This document shows positions 29,285 to 38,865 of a stretch of DNA of 64,000 nt, piece after piece. Every line of letters starts with the position of its first letter. Positions within the stretch are counted from its first letter, which is position 1. The notes below the pieces were generated by a model. That model had not been told where the DNA came from. It was given only the letters and a program-made list of their open reading frames with translations, and did no database searches. Both the position numbers and the translations under genes were made by a program. Source of the stretch: an uncultured Ruminococcus sp. (GTDB lineage Bacteria; Bacillota; Clostridia; Oscillospirales; Ruminococcaceae); the NCBI GenBank assembly GCA_958428235.1, contig CAUAFG010000003.1:56935-120934 (forward strand), in the 5' to 3' direction.

Positions 29285-29414
29285 AATTATACATTCCTTT
29301 CTTGGGAATTAAGAATAATAAAGAAATTATAATACTGTCGGCATAAAAAGTCAAGTATAAATCAAAAATCAGTCCCGGAACGCCCCAAGACTGATTTTTT
29401 ACTATAACTGCCAA

Positions 29415-30257
29415 TCAGAACTTTCCGCCTCTTCCGCCAAACGAATGACCGGAGGACGAGTGATGGATCGTTGATCCGCCGGAGCCGTGCGAGGATGATG
29501 TTTCCTTCGGTCTTGCCGTGCGTGTTACGTTTCTGTAAAGGTAAATATCCTTCGACTGGGTGATGTTGAAGGAGCCGCGCCTGACATAATTAGATGCTCC
29601 GCGCTGCATACCCACACTTTTCAGCTGTGCCTTCATGCTTGTAACGCCGACCAATGCGGCGATAAATCCGAATACCAGCGAGATAAGCAGATTAGTGCCG
29701 AAAGGATAGCGCGATTTTGTGCGGGTATCGCTCACTAAGCCCTCACTTGCGTAGTCTTCGCCGTTCTGAACGTCGTAGGGCTCACCGCTTTCGGCTATTT
29801 TTAAAAGCTCGGCGCAGGAATCCGCATAGGACTTAAATGCATCATAGTAATATCCGTCCGAAAGGTCGTTAATCATTTGGTCTTCGATGTATTCAAGACC
29901 GTAATCGGTCAAAGCGGTTATCGCCTTGCCCGATGTTGCAATCTGCCATTCGCGTTCGGACATATTAATATAGAGAATAACGCCATCCAGCTCCTCGCCC
30001 ACGCCGTAATTGTTCTCAAAGAAGTATTCGCAGTAGTCTTGGGTTGACATACCATATTCCGTTCCGTAGGAGGTCAGCACGGCTATATCAAGATTGTACT
30101 GCGCGCTGTAATCGTCCAACAGCTCTTCAAGTGCAGAAGCTTCGGAGGACGAAAGAAGTCCGGCGCTGTCGACAAGCCTTGGTGTTTCTGCGCAGACGGC
30201 TGCCGTCATCAAAGCCATTAAAGCCGCCGCAAGGATAAGCATAACAAATCTTTTCAT
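29415..30257 (-). CDS. TPM-domain (YgcG/DUF477-like) protein with a C-terminal TM segment and a Gly/Ser/His-rich tail (YdjH-like).
   Basis: Signal peptide. LVDSAGLLSSSEASALEELLDDYSAQYNLDIAVLT. GGAGG 6 nt upstream of MKRF. Confidence 0.75.
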   Translation of the reverse strand: MKRFVMLILAAALMALMTAAVCAETPRLVDSAGLLSSSEASALEELLDDYSAQYNLDIAVLTSYGTEYGMSTQDYCEYFFENNYGVGEELDGVILYINMSEREWQIATSGKAITALTDYGLEYIEDQMINDLSDGYYYDAFKSYADSCAELLKIAESGEPYDVQNGEDYASEGLVSDTRTKSRYPFGTNLLISLVFGFIAALVGVTSMKAQLKSVGMQRGASNYVRRGSFNITQSKDIYLYRNVTRTARPKETSSSHGSGGSTIHHSSSGHSFGGRGGKF

Positions 30258-30267
30258 AATGCCCTCC

Positions 30268-31353
30268 TCAGAACAGCCAGAACAGCGACAGCAGCAGGAA
30301 TGCACCCGCGCCGAACGCAGCCGTCAGCAAGGCAAGCCATTTGAAATAAGCGGCGTTGTCCACCGGCAGGTTTCCGACGAATTTGCCTGTCTGACCGTTC
30401 ATAGCGAAGGTATACTTCTGACCGTTCCAGTCGGTGTTTAAAATCCAGACCGGCAAAAGCGCGTATTTCGCGCCGCCTGAGCTGAGCTTAACGCTCGAAC
30501 CGACCGGCACAACAGAAGAATATCCCATAACGGTGCTTCTTAATTCCGCTTCTGCCGAGGCTTTTATTCTTTGATTTGCACGCTCGGAGCTTTGAGTTTT
30601 TGAAACATCGTACTTATCTGCGAGATATCCTGCCAAGTAGGCAGTCTGAAAATCGACCGCGGCGGAAAAGTCGTAGGGCTCTATCGATTCCATAAGGTCA
30701 TCAGCCATTTTTGTGGAGCCATCCACCGGTATATGCTCGAAAGAAATGTTTCCGGCTCTGAAAACGGAATAGTGGCTGGTTTCGGTGTAGTTGTAGTTTC
30801 TGTCGCTCCACGTGCGGATACGTGTCGTTTTAAAGTTTGCGGCAGCTTCGGCGTCTGCGTCGAACAGCCAGAACGGGACGTATATCCCCCTTATCTCCTC
30901 GATATGGTTCTGATCCTTAAACACCTTTGGCAAAAGCCTTTTGCCGCTTAAATGCCTTTTAAGGCTTTCCACTGCCGCCTTTTTGTCCAGCTTAAAGGGT
31001 ATAACATAGTCCGGCTTAAGCTCGCCCGAAAGGCTGCCGGTCATAACAACCGGATTGCCGCAGTAGGGACACTTTGAGGCGGCGGTGTTTTCATCCGCGA
31101 TTATCTCGCCGCCACAGGAGTGACAAATATAGGTGCGAAGCGAGCTGTCCTCGCCGTCATCCCAGACTGTTTCCTGCGAATCATCCCATTCAAGGCTGTC
31201 GGCGTCCACATATTTAAGGGCTTCGTCCATCTCCTTTAAAGACTGAACCTCAAACTCGCTGTCGCAGTATGGGCATTTCAGCTTTTGAAGCTTGGAATCA
31301 AACTCGATAGCTCCGCCGCAGCAGGGACATTTATATTCTAATATTTCTGACAT
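30268..31353 (-). CDS. Double zinc-ribbon membrane protein (YdjG-like).
   Basis: CPCCGGAIEF...CPYCDSEF and CHSCGGEII...CPYCGNPV. C-terminal TM. TAATG coupling with the upstream gene. Confidence 0.7.
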   Translation of the reverse strand: MSEILEYKCPCCGGAIEFDSKLQKLKCPYCDSEFEVQSLKEMDEALKYVDADSLEWDDSQETVWDDGEDSSLRTYICHSCGGEIIADENTAASKCPYCGNPVVMTGSLSGELKPDYVIPFKLDKKAAVESLKRHLSGKRLLPKVFKDQNHIEEIRGIYVPFWLFDADAEAAANFKTTRIRTWSDRNYNYTETSHYSVFRAGNISFEHIPVDGSTKMADDLMESIEPYDFSAAVDFQTAYLAGYLADKYDVSKTQSSERANQRIKASAEAELRSTVMGYSSVVPVGSSVKLSSGGAKYALLPVWILNTDWNGQKYTFAMNGQTGKFVGNLPVDNAAYFKWLALLTAAFGAGAFLLLSLFWLF

Positions 31354-32648
31354 TATTGCTTGTCACTGTCGTCAAATCTGTCGCCGCATTCGGGACAGAA
31401 TTTTGGGGGATTGTGGGGATCTTCCGGCTCCCAGCCGCACTTATCACACTTATACAGCGGCTGGTCGGCAGGCTTTTTAGCACCGCATTCCGAGCAGAAT
31501 CTGCCCTTGTTCAGCGTTCCGCAGGAGCAGACCCAGCCCTCGGGCCGCTTGGTTCCGCACTCGGGGCAGAACTTTCCGCTTACGGTCGCTCCACAGGAGC
31601 ATTTCCAGCTGTCGGCATTTGCAGCTTCATTCTTGGGGGTGTTCTGACCCATTGCATACAAATTCTGAGGATTTACTCCGCCGGCGTTCATTGCCATGCC
31701 CATGCCCATAAAGCCGGTCATAGCTCCGCCCTTGTTGCCTGCGGCTGCCTTCATAGCCTCCGCCTGAGCTTCTACAAGTGTGGCTGCCGCCATGGTGGGG
31801 TCCTTTAACATTCCGGAGTGCTGCGCGCTCTTGATAAGCTGCTGATCCGCTTCGGGGAGAGTTACCGAACCTAAGGATACCGTTACAACCTCGATGCCCC
31901 TGAGTTCCTTCCACTTCTTGGACAAAGTATCGTTAAGAGCGTTTTCAAGCTCGGTGTTGTGAGCAATTATCTGGTTGGGGCGCAGCTCCATCGCTGAAAG
32001 CTTCGCCAGAGAGGGCTGCAAAGCGGAGATGAACTCGGTTTTCAGCTGTGAATCAAGCTGATCCCTTGTGTAATCGCGGGAAACGTTTCCGCAGACGTTG
32101 GCGTAGAACAAAAGCGGATCGGAAATCTTGTAGGAATAAACGCCGTTGCAGCGCAAAGAGACGTCAATATCCAGACCGATTTTTGTATCCACAACTCTGA
32201 AAGGAACAGGATTTGCCGTTCCGAACTTGTTGTCTATAATTTCCTTGGTATTGAAGTAGTAAACGCGCTGATCCTTTGCGGTGTCGCCGCCGTGAGTAAA
32301 GCGTCTTGCAAGCGTTTTAAAGGTTTCGGCAATGCTGTCGCCCAGATTTCCGGAAAATACGCTCGGCTCGGATGAGGAATCATATGTGAACTGACCGGGT
32401 TCGGCGCAGACCTCTACCACTCTGCCCTGCTCTACTATAATCATGCACTGACCGTCGGCAACGGCGATTCCCGAACCGTTGGTTATAACATTATCGCTTC
32501 CGGATGTGTTTGAAGACTTTCCGCTTACTCTTTTCCGTCCCCTTGCAACAAGAGTGTCCTTGTCAAGCGAATCGCAGTAGTAAAATTCCTTCCACTGATC
32601 CGCCAGAGTCGATTTGAGTGCTGTACGTCCTGCTTTAATAAGTCCCAT
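31353..32648 (-). CDS. SPFH/Band-7 (Band_7_1, YdjI-like) protein with three C-terminal tandem zinc ribbons.
   Basis: MGLIKAGRTALKSTLADQWKEFYYCD N-terminus. C-terminal CSCGATVSGKFCPECG, CSCGTLNKGRFCSECG and CDKCGW...CPECG. Confidence 0.7.
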   Translation of the reverse strand: MGLIKAGRTALKSTLADQWKEFYYCDSLDKDTLVARGRKRVSGKSSNTSGSDNVITNGSGIAVADGQCMIIVEQGRVVEVCAEPGQFTYDSSSEPSVFSGNLGDSIAETFKTLARRFTHGGDTAKDQRVYYFNTKEIIDNKFGTANPVPFRVVDTKIGLDIDVSLRCNGVYSYKISDPLLFYANVCGNVSRDYTRDQLDSQLKTEFISALQPSLAKLSAMELRPNQIIAHNTELENALNDTLSKKWKELRGIEVVTVSLGSVTLPEADQQLIKSAQHSGMLKDPTMAAATLVEAQAEAMKAAAGNKGGAMTGFMGMGMAMNAGGVNPQNLYAMGQNTPKNEAANADSWKCSCGATVSGKFCPECGTKRPEGWVCSCGTLNKGRFCSECGAKKPADQPLYKCDKCGWEPEDPHNPPKFCPECGDRFDDSDKQ

Positions 32649-32937
32649 AATGATTTCTCCTTCCGATATTACGTTATATTATAATTTTGCGACAATATTT
32701 CAAATCCGGCATATAACCCTATACTTCCGCCGGATTCCGCCCAAGGGCAGAAAAAAGTTTTAAGATCTGAACGCAGAGCAAATATAATAATTCAATGAGC
32801 TTATCCTACCTTGCACATTAACATATAACAAATAACAAATTGGAATAACGGCAAGACCTATACCTTGAACTATTACAAAAAAGCTTTCAAAAAAGTCTGC
32901 TGCTGCGGACAAACCGGGAAAGCTATCATATATCAAA

Positions 32938-33447
32938 TCAGATATCAATTTCCATGGTTTCGGTGGTGTTAACAATATCCAAAGCGGTCTGTGCTTTGCT
33001 CAAAAGCTCGGATACGGCGCTGTAATCCTCGGCAGCCTTTGTCACGTCATAGTTGGCATAAAGGTAATCAATCACAGCGTTTGAGCCATAGCCGGAGGCG
33101 CTTTTTCTCTCCTTGGGCAGGCGGGATGACATTGCCAAAAGCCTTGCCTTCTTTTCGGTGAGCTGAGGGATATAAACAAGCATTTCATCTATTGTAATGT
33201 CAAAGCCGGTGACAGTGTGGGTCGTGTTGAATACATTTATAGCGTGCTTTACCTTTCTGATATCGGCGTTGAGGGCTTCGAGCTTCTGAGCTGCAGCGGA
33301 ATAATCGTATTCCGGACGGACGGACTCGACGTCCTCCCCCAAAGCGGCGCTGAAAGTAGAGCTGCGGGATTCGTTATCCAAAAGCATACATTTTTCTTCG
33401 TTGAGCTTTTTTAAAAGCTTATTCGCCTCGGCGGAAGTATATTTCAT
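32938..33447 (-). CDS. Hypothetical, predicted helical/coiled-coil protein located upstream of the Band7 triad.
   Basis: ORF with AAAGGATGA RBS. No recognisable motif. Confidence 0.45.
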   Translation of the reverse strand: MKYTSAEANKLLKKLNEEKCMLLDNESRSSTFSAALGEDVESVRPEYDYSAAAQKLEALNADIRKVKHAINVFNTTHTVTGFDITIDEMLVYIPQLTEKKARLLAMSSRLPKERKSASGYGSNAVIDYLYANYDVTKAAEDYSAVSELLSKAQTALDIVNTTETMEIDI

Positions 33448-33466
33448 TAACAATCATCCTTTCGTT

Positions 33467-35374
33467 TTATTCGGGAATTTCTATTTTGCGGCGTGCCTCG
33501 TAGGCACGGCAATAAACATTTTTGCGGCGCTCAGACATATTATCCTTAAGACGTATGCAGAAATCGGCATTATCAAACAGCCTGACTATATCGGGCGAAT
33601 ACCTTGTGCCGCTTCCCTGCCTAAGCTCATCCACAAGAGCTTCAAAGGTTTTTGTCTGGGCATAGCTTCTGCCGATACTGTCGGTTGCGGCGTCGAGCGA
33701 GTCGGCAACGGTTACAATATCTATAATCGAACGTGCAGACTCATTGGTTTCGCCGTGTTTAACCGGATAGCCGCCCTTGCCGTTATACTAAAGGTGATGC
33801 TTCAGCGCAACCTCAGATTCTATTTCAAGGTCGTCATAACTTTTCAGAAGAGCGTATCCCATAACCGGATGATACTTTATAACCTCAAACTCCTCATCTA
33901 AAAGCTTTCTTCCATAGGTTGTTATATATGAAAGAACATTGCTTTTGCCAACATCGTGATACAGCCCGCAGCGATACGCGCGGTTTGCATAAGCCTGCAT
34001 ATTGGCGATGATATCCTCGGCAGACTCGGCTCCGAAAACTCCGCCTAAAATCTTAGGCTCAGTGCGGATGGTTTCTTCAAAAATCTCTCTTGTAAGATAA
34101 GCCACCATTACCGAATGAACAAACGTTGAGGTGTGGCACAAAATCATCATTTCCATAATTCGCGCCCTTGAAAAGCTGCTGCCATATGTCTGCTCTCTTA
34201 CAAGCTCCGACACCCAATGGCTGGTATACTCACCGAACAGCTCGTTCGGAAAGTTGTCGAAAAACTCGACCGCACGGTTCAGGGCGGCTTTAATCCTTGG
34301 GCGATACCGCTCAGCGTCGGCGCTGTTCATATATTCCATATAATGGCTTGCATATGTTGGAAAGCCGATGTTGGCGGTTATGCCATTTTGGGTATAATCC
34401 TTCGGGTCGGCTTTTTCATTGGTATCCAAAAGGATGTCCACAACCTCTTTGATATCCGCCTTACCCGCGTGGAACCTTGCAGCGGCATAAACATAGCAGG
34501 TTCTTACCCCGACCGACTGATGCCTGCGTCTTGCTATCTCCTCCTGATGATTGTATACATACTCGGCGGATTCCAGAACGTCCTGCTTCATGCGCTCGAT
34601 CAGCGGACTTTCGATACTATTCTCGTGCGCTGTTCGCAGACATGAAAGATATGTTGTTCTGTCAAAGTGCATGGCATATTCATAATTGCTCCACGGAAGT
34701 CCGGGATTAAGACCTCGGTAATGCGGCGATTTCATTATGCCGATAGTCTGCTCAAAAATTTTTGAATACTCCTCATATCCGGCATATGAGTCGTCGCTGC
34801 CGACAGTCCAGTTGTTGTCGCCTTTTATTGCCGGATGTCCGTATTTTCTGTTGCCAAGGCACCTGATTATATACCCTCTGGTGTCCTCATCGTCGATTTC
34901 CTCATACTGAGTTATATACGAAGCGCCCTTGCAGTAATAGCCGTAAAGCTCCTCACCGTTGGTGTTTATCCTCATAGAGCCAATCGACAGATGAAGATAG
35001 TAAAGCGTCATTCCCTGATAATACAGCTCTTTAATCATCAGGTTTCTTTTGCCGTAATGCTCGGCATATTTATATATAAGATTATGGATTTTATACGCGA
35101 TGCCGATATCGCACCCATTTGCATTTTTGAACAGAATATCGGCAAACTCTGAAAGCTCATCAACATACTCTTGGGTAAGAGCAAGCGGGTTAATATTCAG
35201 GATATTTTCTTTCAGAAATTCGTCGTTTTCGCGCTTTAGCTTGGCAAGTCTTTCGGCGTTTAAATGTATCATCTCAAGAAGCTTATCACGCGGCACGTCG
35301 CAGGATATCTTCGGGCGAACAAGGTCGTTAGCTTCTTTGATATTTGCGAAATATCGTTCAAACGACTCCCGCAT
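33467..35374 (-). pseudogene. HD-GYP-type phosphohydrolase gene (about 635 codons) interrupted by an in-frame TAG at 33788-33790, inside the HD-GYP signature.
   Basis: ORF ends ...YHDVGKSNV...EVALKHHL-TAG. The same frame continues YNGKGGYPVKHGE... for 106 more codons to TAA at 33467. Confidence 0.65.
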
Positions 35375-35482
35375 TAAAACAACTCTCCTTCACATATCAA
35401 TTCTAAAAACAAACATATTGATTATATCATATTTTAGCTGCTATGTAAAGTGATAAGTATGGCAAATTTATTCTTAAAAACA

Positions 35483-35512
35483 AAAAGAGCCCGATTAAGG
35501 ACTCTTTTCTGT
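35483..35512 (-). terminator. Rho-independent terminator of array gene 1.
   Basis: agagcc/ggctct-type hairpin plus a U-tract on the minus strand. Confidence 0.7.
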
Positions 35513-35527
35513 TAAATTATCTTACTA

Positions 35528-36364
35528 TTACTTTCTCTTGGAGGCTACAACAGCAGCTGCTGCTATCGCCATGGGGAGAAGCGCTAAAACTATGCCGGTG
35601 TTGGCAGGCTCGGTAGTATCAGCTGAGGGGGTAGGCTCGGTGGCATCATCAGCGGGAGCTGTGGCATCATCTTCAGGAGAAGAGGTGTCGTCGGCAGCAG
35701 GAGCTGCGGTCTCGCCATTGTAGGACTTATATGTAAGGGTGAATCTGATTTCGGTCAGAGCGTCCATATAAGCCTGAATTTCCGCGGGAGTTGAACCTGC
35801 AACCTTGTCAAAGCCGTCCAAAGCGTGAGAGTTGGTGTTGCCTGCTATTCCGCCCCAATCGGGTTCGTAGCAATCAAGGTTAGCGGTGTATTCGCCTGCT
35901 ACCTTTGCAACATAATCCTCATATCCTGTTGCCTTAAAGGTAACGTCTGAGATTTCGTAAACAATAGTGGTCTTGTCGCCTACAACTGCAACATTCTGGT
36001 CGAGGGTCATGTCCAGAACCTGCATACCGTACTGATAGCCGGTAGTGTCTCTGTTGACTTCTTTTCTCCAGTTATCGCCGGTGTAAACGATTTCCTTGGT
36101 TTCGCCCAGAGCAACGTCAACCTCGTTTCCGTCGGCTGCGAAAGCGGGAACCCATTTCCATGCGGTCTGATCCTGCATATAAACCTGAAGACGGATGCTC
36201 TTGTTGGATTCGTCAACGGCGAAAGCAGGAATGCACATTACCGCCATAAGCATTACGGCGGCTAAAACGATTGATACAATTCTTTTCATTGGTATTTCCT
36301 CCATAATATAATTCGGTCGGATATAATTCTGAATTGAAGTGACAAATCGGCAGAATTGTGTCAA
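35528..36364 (-). CDS. Secreted, cell-surface-anchored protein, paralog type B (array gene 1).
   Basis: Signal peptide MKRIVSIVLAAVMLMAVMCIPAFA. Thr/Pro/Asp-rich linker. C-terminal EPANTG-IVLALLPMAIAAAAVVAS-KRK. Confidence 0.8.
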   Translation of the reverse strand: MTQFCRFVTSIQNYIRPNYIMEEIPMKRIVSIVLAAVMLMAVMCIPAFAVDESNKSIRLQVYMQDQTAWKWVPAFAADGNEVDVALGETKEIVYTGDNWRKEVNRDTTGYQYGMQVLDMTLDQNVAVVGDKTTIVYEISDVTFKATGYEDYVAKVAGEYTANLDCYEPDWGGIAGNTNSHALDGFDKVAGSTPAEIQAYMDALTEIRFTLTYKSYNGETAAPAADDTSSPEDDATAPADDATEPTPSADTTEPANTGIVLALLPMAIAAAAVVASKRK

Positions 36365-36463
36365 CGCAGCCGTATATGTCAGTTATATCACAAATTAAAT
36401 ATCTAACCAATTATATGATACCATGCAGAATTTGTTTTGTCAATACACTGTGGAGTAAAAATC

Positions 36464-36494
36464 AAAAAAGAGCCATATTTCAGGCTCTTTTTTG
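36464..36494 (-). terminator. Rho-independent terminator of array gene 2.
   Basis: aaaaaagagcc-atatttca-ggctcttttttg. Confidence 0.75.
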
Positions 36495-36519
36495 TATTTG
36501 ATTCGGTTAAGAATCTTAA

Positions 36520-37197
36520 TTACTTTCTCTTAGAAACTACAACAGCAGCTGCTGCTACAGCCATGGGGAGAAGTGCGAGAACGATACCGGTGTTAGCGGG
36601 CTCAGAGGTCTCAGCAGGAGCTTCGGTGTTCTCGGCAGGAGCTTCGGTGTTCTCTGCGGGAGTCTCGGTGTTCTCTGCGGGAGTCTCAGCGGGAGCTTCG
36701 ACAGGAGCATCAGGAACGATTACAGAAACACTGTAGGTCTTAGCACCTGCGCAAGCACCGTTGATCCAGTTGTAAGCCTCAAGGGTAGCACCTGCAGCTT
36801 CTGCAGCGCTGAGAATGGTAGCACCGTCAATGGTGATTATTGCATAATCGCCATCAATAACAACGCTTTCAGCAGCTAACTGACCTTCGCCGTTTGCAAA
36901 ATTGAAATGAGCGATAACATTTACCCAACTGCTGGTATCCTGGAAGCCATACTGATAACCGTGACCATCAGCTCCGTCACCAACAATAGCGTCAGCCTTG
37001 ATTACGAGCTTTGCACCCTCAGTCTTAAGAGCGGCAACAAGGTCAGCGTTGCTCTTAAGGTCAAGATCTTCTTTCCACCAGCCGTTGTCCTCGGGGAAAG
37101 GAATCTCATGCTCGAAGAGGGTTTCGTCAGCAAAAGCAACTACGCTCATAGAAAGAACGAGAGCCAGAGCCAACACAATTGATAAAATTTTCTTCAT
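36520..37197 (-). CDS. Secreted, cell-surface-anchored protein, paralog type A (array gene 2).
   Basis: MKKILSIVLALALVLSMSVVAFA. Linker (APAENTE)n. C-terminal EPANTG-TM-KRK. Confidence 0.8.
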   Translation of the reverse strand: MKKILSIVLALALVLSMSVVAFADETLFEHEIPFPEDNGWWKEDLDLKSNADLVAALKTEGAKLVIKADAIVGDGADGHGYQYGFQDTSSWVNVIAHFNFANGEGQLAAESVVIDGDYAIITIDGATILSAAEAAGATLEAYNWINGACAGAKTYSVSVIVPDAPVEAPAETPAENTETPAENTEAPAENTEAPAETSEPANTGIVLALLPMAVAAAAVVVSKRK

Positions 37198-37280
37198 TTT
37201 GTTTTTCCTCCATAAGATTATATTGGCGTAAAACCATAATTATAATATCACTTATATCTTGCCTTGTCAAGATATTTAAT

Positions 37281-37314
37281 AAAAAAGAGCCCGTTTTAAA
37301 GGCTCTTTTTTAAT
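37281..37314 (-). terminator. Rho-independent terminator of array gene 3.
   Basis: aaaaaagagcccg-tttta-aaggctcttttttaat. Confidence 0.75.
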
Positions 37315-37326
37315 AAATTTAATAAA

Positions 37327-38073
37327 TTACTTTCTCTTAGAAACTACAACAGCAGCAGCTGCAACAGCCATAGGAAGAAGTGCGAGAACGATACCGGTGT
37401 TAGCGGGCTCAGTGGTATCTGCTGCAGGAGCAGTCTCAGCAGCGGGCTCGGTGGTTTCAGCAGCAGGCTCAGTTGTTTCGGCAGCGGGAGCAGTCTCAGC
37501 AGCAGGAGCTACATAAGCAGAACCGTCAGCCTTAACGCCGTTGTAAGCATCATATGTAACAGTGAAGGTGATTTCGGTCATAGCAGTAAGGTAAGCAGCC
37601 CAGTCGGTAACCTCAGAGCTTCCGCAAGCGGCAGTAAGATCGAAGCTGATATTATCAGAGTTTCCGGAAAGACCCCAAGACTCAGCCTTAGCAGTAAGGT
37701 CAACATCTCTTACCTGAGCAGGAATTACATAATCAGCGTATCCTTCAGCCTTAACGGTGATATCAGATACGGTGTAAGTGATGTGAGAAGTTTCGCCGTC
37801 GTTTTCAAGGGTGTCATCACCGGTCTGAATAGCAAAGTTGATGCTTGCGCTTGTATCGAGGTTATCGAAAGCGGAAAGATCGGTTACAACAAATTCAGCG
37901 CTTTCGCCCAAAGGAATGTTGGTGAAAGCAGTGGAATGCCACGACCAGTCAGATGTGGGCTGAGCAAAAATCTGAACAGAAATGCCCTTAGTGTCCTTGA
38001 GAGCAAATGCGTTTACAGTGCAAACTGACATAAGCATTGCAACAACAAGTACGATTGATAAAATTTTCTTCAT
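37327..38073 (-). CDS. Secreted, cell-surface-anchored protein, paralog type B (array gene 3).
   Basis: MKKILSIVLVVAMLMSVCTVNAFA. Linker (PAAETTE)n. C-terminal EPANTG-TM-KRK. Confidence 0.8.
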   Translation of the reverse strand: MKKILSIVLVVAMLMSVCTVNAFALKDTKGISVQIFAQPTSDWSWHSTAFTNIPLGESAEFVVTDLSAFDNLDTSASINFAIQTGDDTLENDGETSHITYTVSDITVKAEGYADYVIPAQVRDVDLTAKAESWGLSGNSDNISFDLTAACGSSEVTDWAAYLTAMTEITFTVTYDAYNGVKADGSAYVAPAAETAPAAETTEPAAETTEPAAETAPAADTTEPANTGIVLALLPMAVAAAAVVVSKRK

Positions 38074-38163
38074 TGTATTCTTCCTCCAAAAAATTGTATT
38101 GGTATAAAACCATTAATATAGTATCACTATCTGCTCAATTTGTCAATATAATATAACAAAAAA

Positions 38164-38197
38164 TAAAAAAGAGCCCAATAAAGGACTCTTTTTTATA
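38164..38197 (-). terminator. Rho-independent terminator of array gene 4.
   Basis: aaaaaagagccc-aataaa-ggactcttttttat. Confidence 0.75.
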
Positions 38198-38208
38198 GAT
38201 TTAACAAA

Positions 38209-38865
38209 TTACTTTCTCTTAGAAACTACAACAGCAGCTGCTGCTACAGCCATGGGGAGAAGAGCGAGAACGATGCCGGTGTTAGCGGGCTCGGAAGTCT
38301 CGTCAGCTGCGGGAGCAGTCTCAGCAGCGGGTTCATTAGTCTCGGCAGCAGGCTCGGTGGTCTCAGCAGCAGGAGCGTCAGGAACGATTACAGAAATGCT
38401 GTAGGTTTTTCCGGCAGCAGCGCCGTTAATCCACTGCCATGACTCTGTGCTAACGCCGTTAGCTTCACAAGCAGCCAAGAATGCAGCAGCATCAAAGGTG
38501 ATGTAAGAATAATCGCCGTCAACAATAGCACTGTCAGCACCGATAGCACCTTCGCCATTAGCGAAATTGGAGTGGCAAAGAACGTTGCCCCAGTCATCAA
38601 CTGTTTCCTGAATACCATACTGGAAGCCGTGTCCCTCGGCACCGTCAGCAACAGCTGCATCAGCCTTAACTACAACCTTAGCGCCTTCGGTCTGAAGAGC
38701 AGCTATAAAATCAGCATTGCTCTTAAAGTCCTGATCGTCTTTCCACCAGCCGTGCTCTTCGGGGAACTTAACTTCATATGTGAAGAGAACTTCCTCGGCA
38801 AGAGCAACAACGCTCATTGAAAGAACGAGAATCATTGCCAAAACGATTGATACAAATTTTTTCAT
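38209..38865 (-). CDS. Secreted, cell-surface-anchored protein, paralog type A (array gene 4).
   Basis: MKKFVSIVLAMILVLSMSVVALA. About 60% identical to gene 2. C-terminal EPANTG-TM-KRK. Confidence 0.8.
   Translation of the reverse strand: MKKFVSIVLAMILVLSMSVVALAEEVLFTYEVKFPEEHGWWKDDQDFKSNADFIAALQTEGAKVVVKADAAVADGAEGHGFQYGIQETVDDWGNVLCHSNFANGEGAIGADSAIVDGDYSYITFDAAAFLAACEANGVSTESWQWINGAAAGKTYSISVIVPDAPAAETTEPAAETNEPAAETAPAADETSEPANTGIVLALLPMAVAAAAVVVSKRK

Noticed and set aside
29285-29414. T-box leader upstream of asnS.
   Set aside because: Only a terminator for the upstream gene, a sigma-70-type promoter and a short 5' UTR are present. No specifier or T-box consensus is seen.
32760-32975. 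71-aa ORF in the Band7 upstream region.
   Set aside because: It overlaps the start of the 169-aa hypothetical gene and lies in an AT-rich promoter region. It is probably spurious.
690-33790. Stop-codon reassignment (alternative genetic code) as the explanation for the in-frame TGA, TAA and TAG.
   Set aside because: All three codons terminate adjacent conserved genes at the expected positions (prkC TGA, rsgA TAA, rlmN TAG). Three different codons each appear only once as internal stops.
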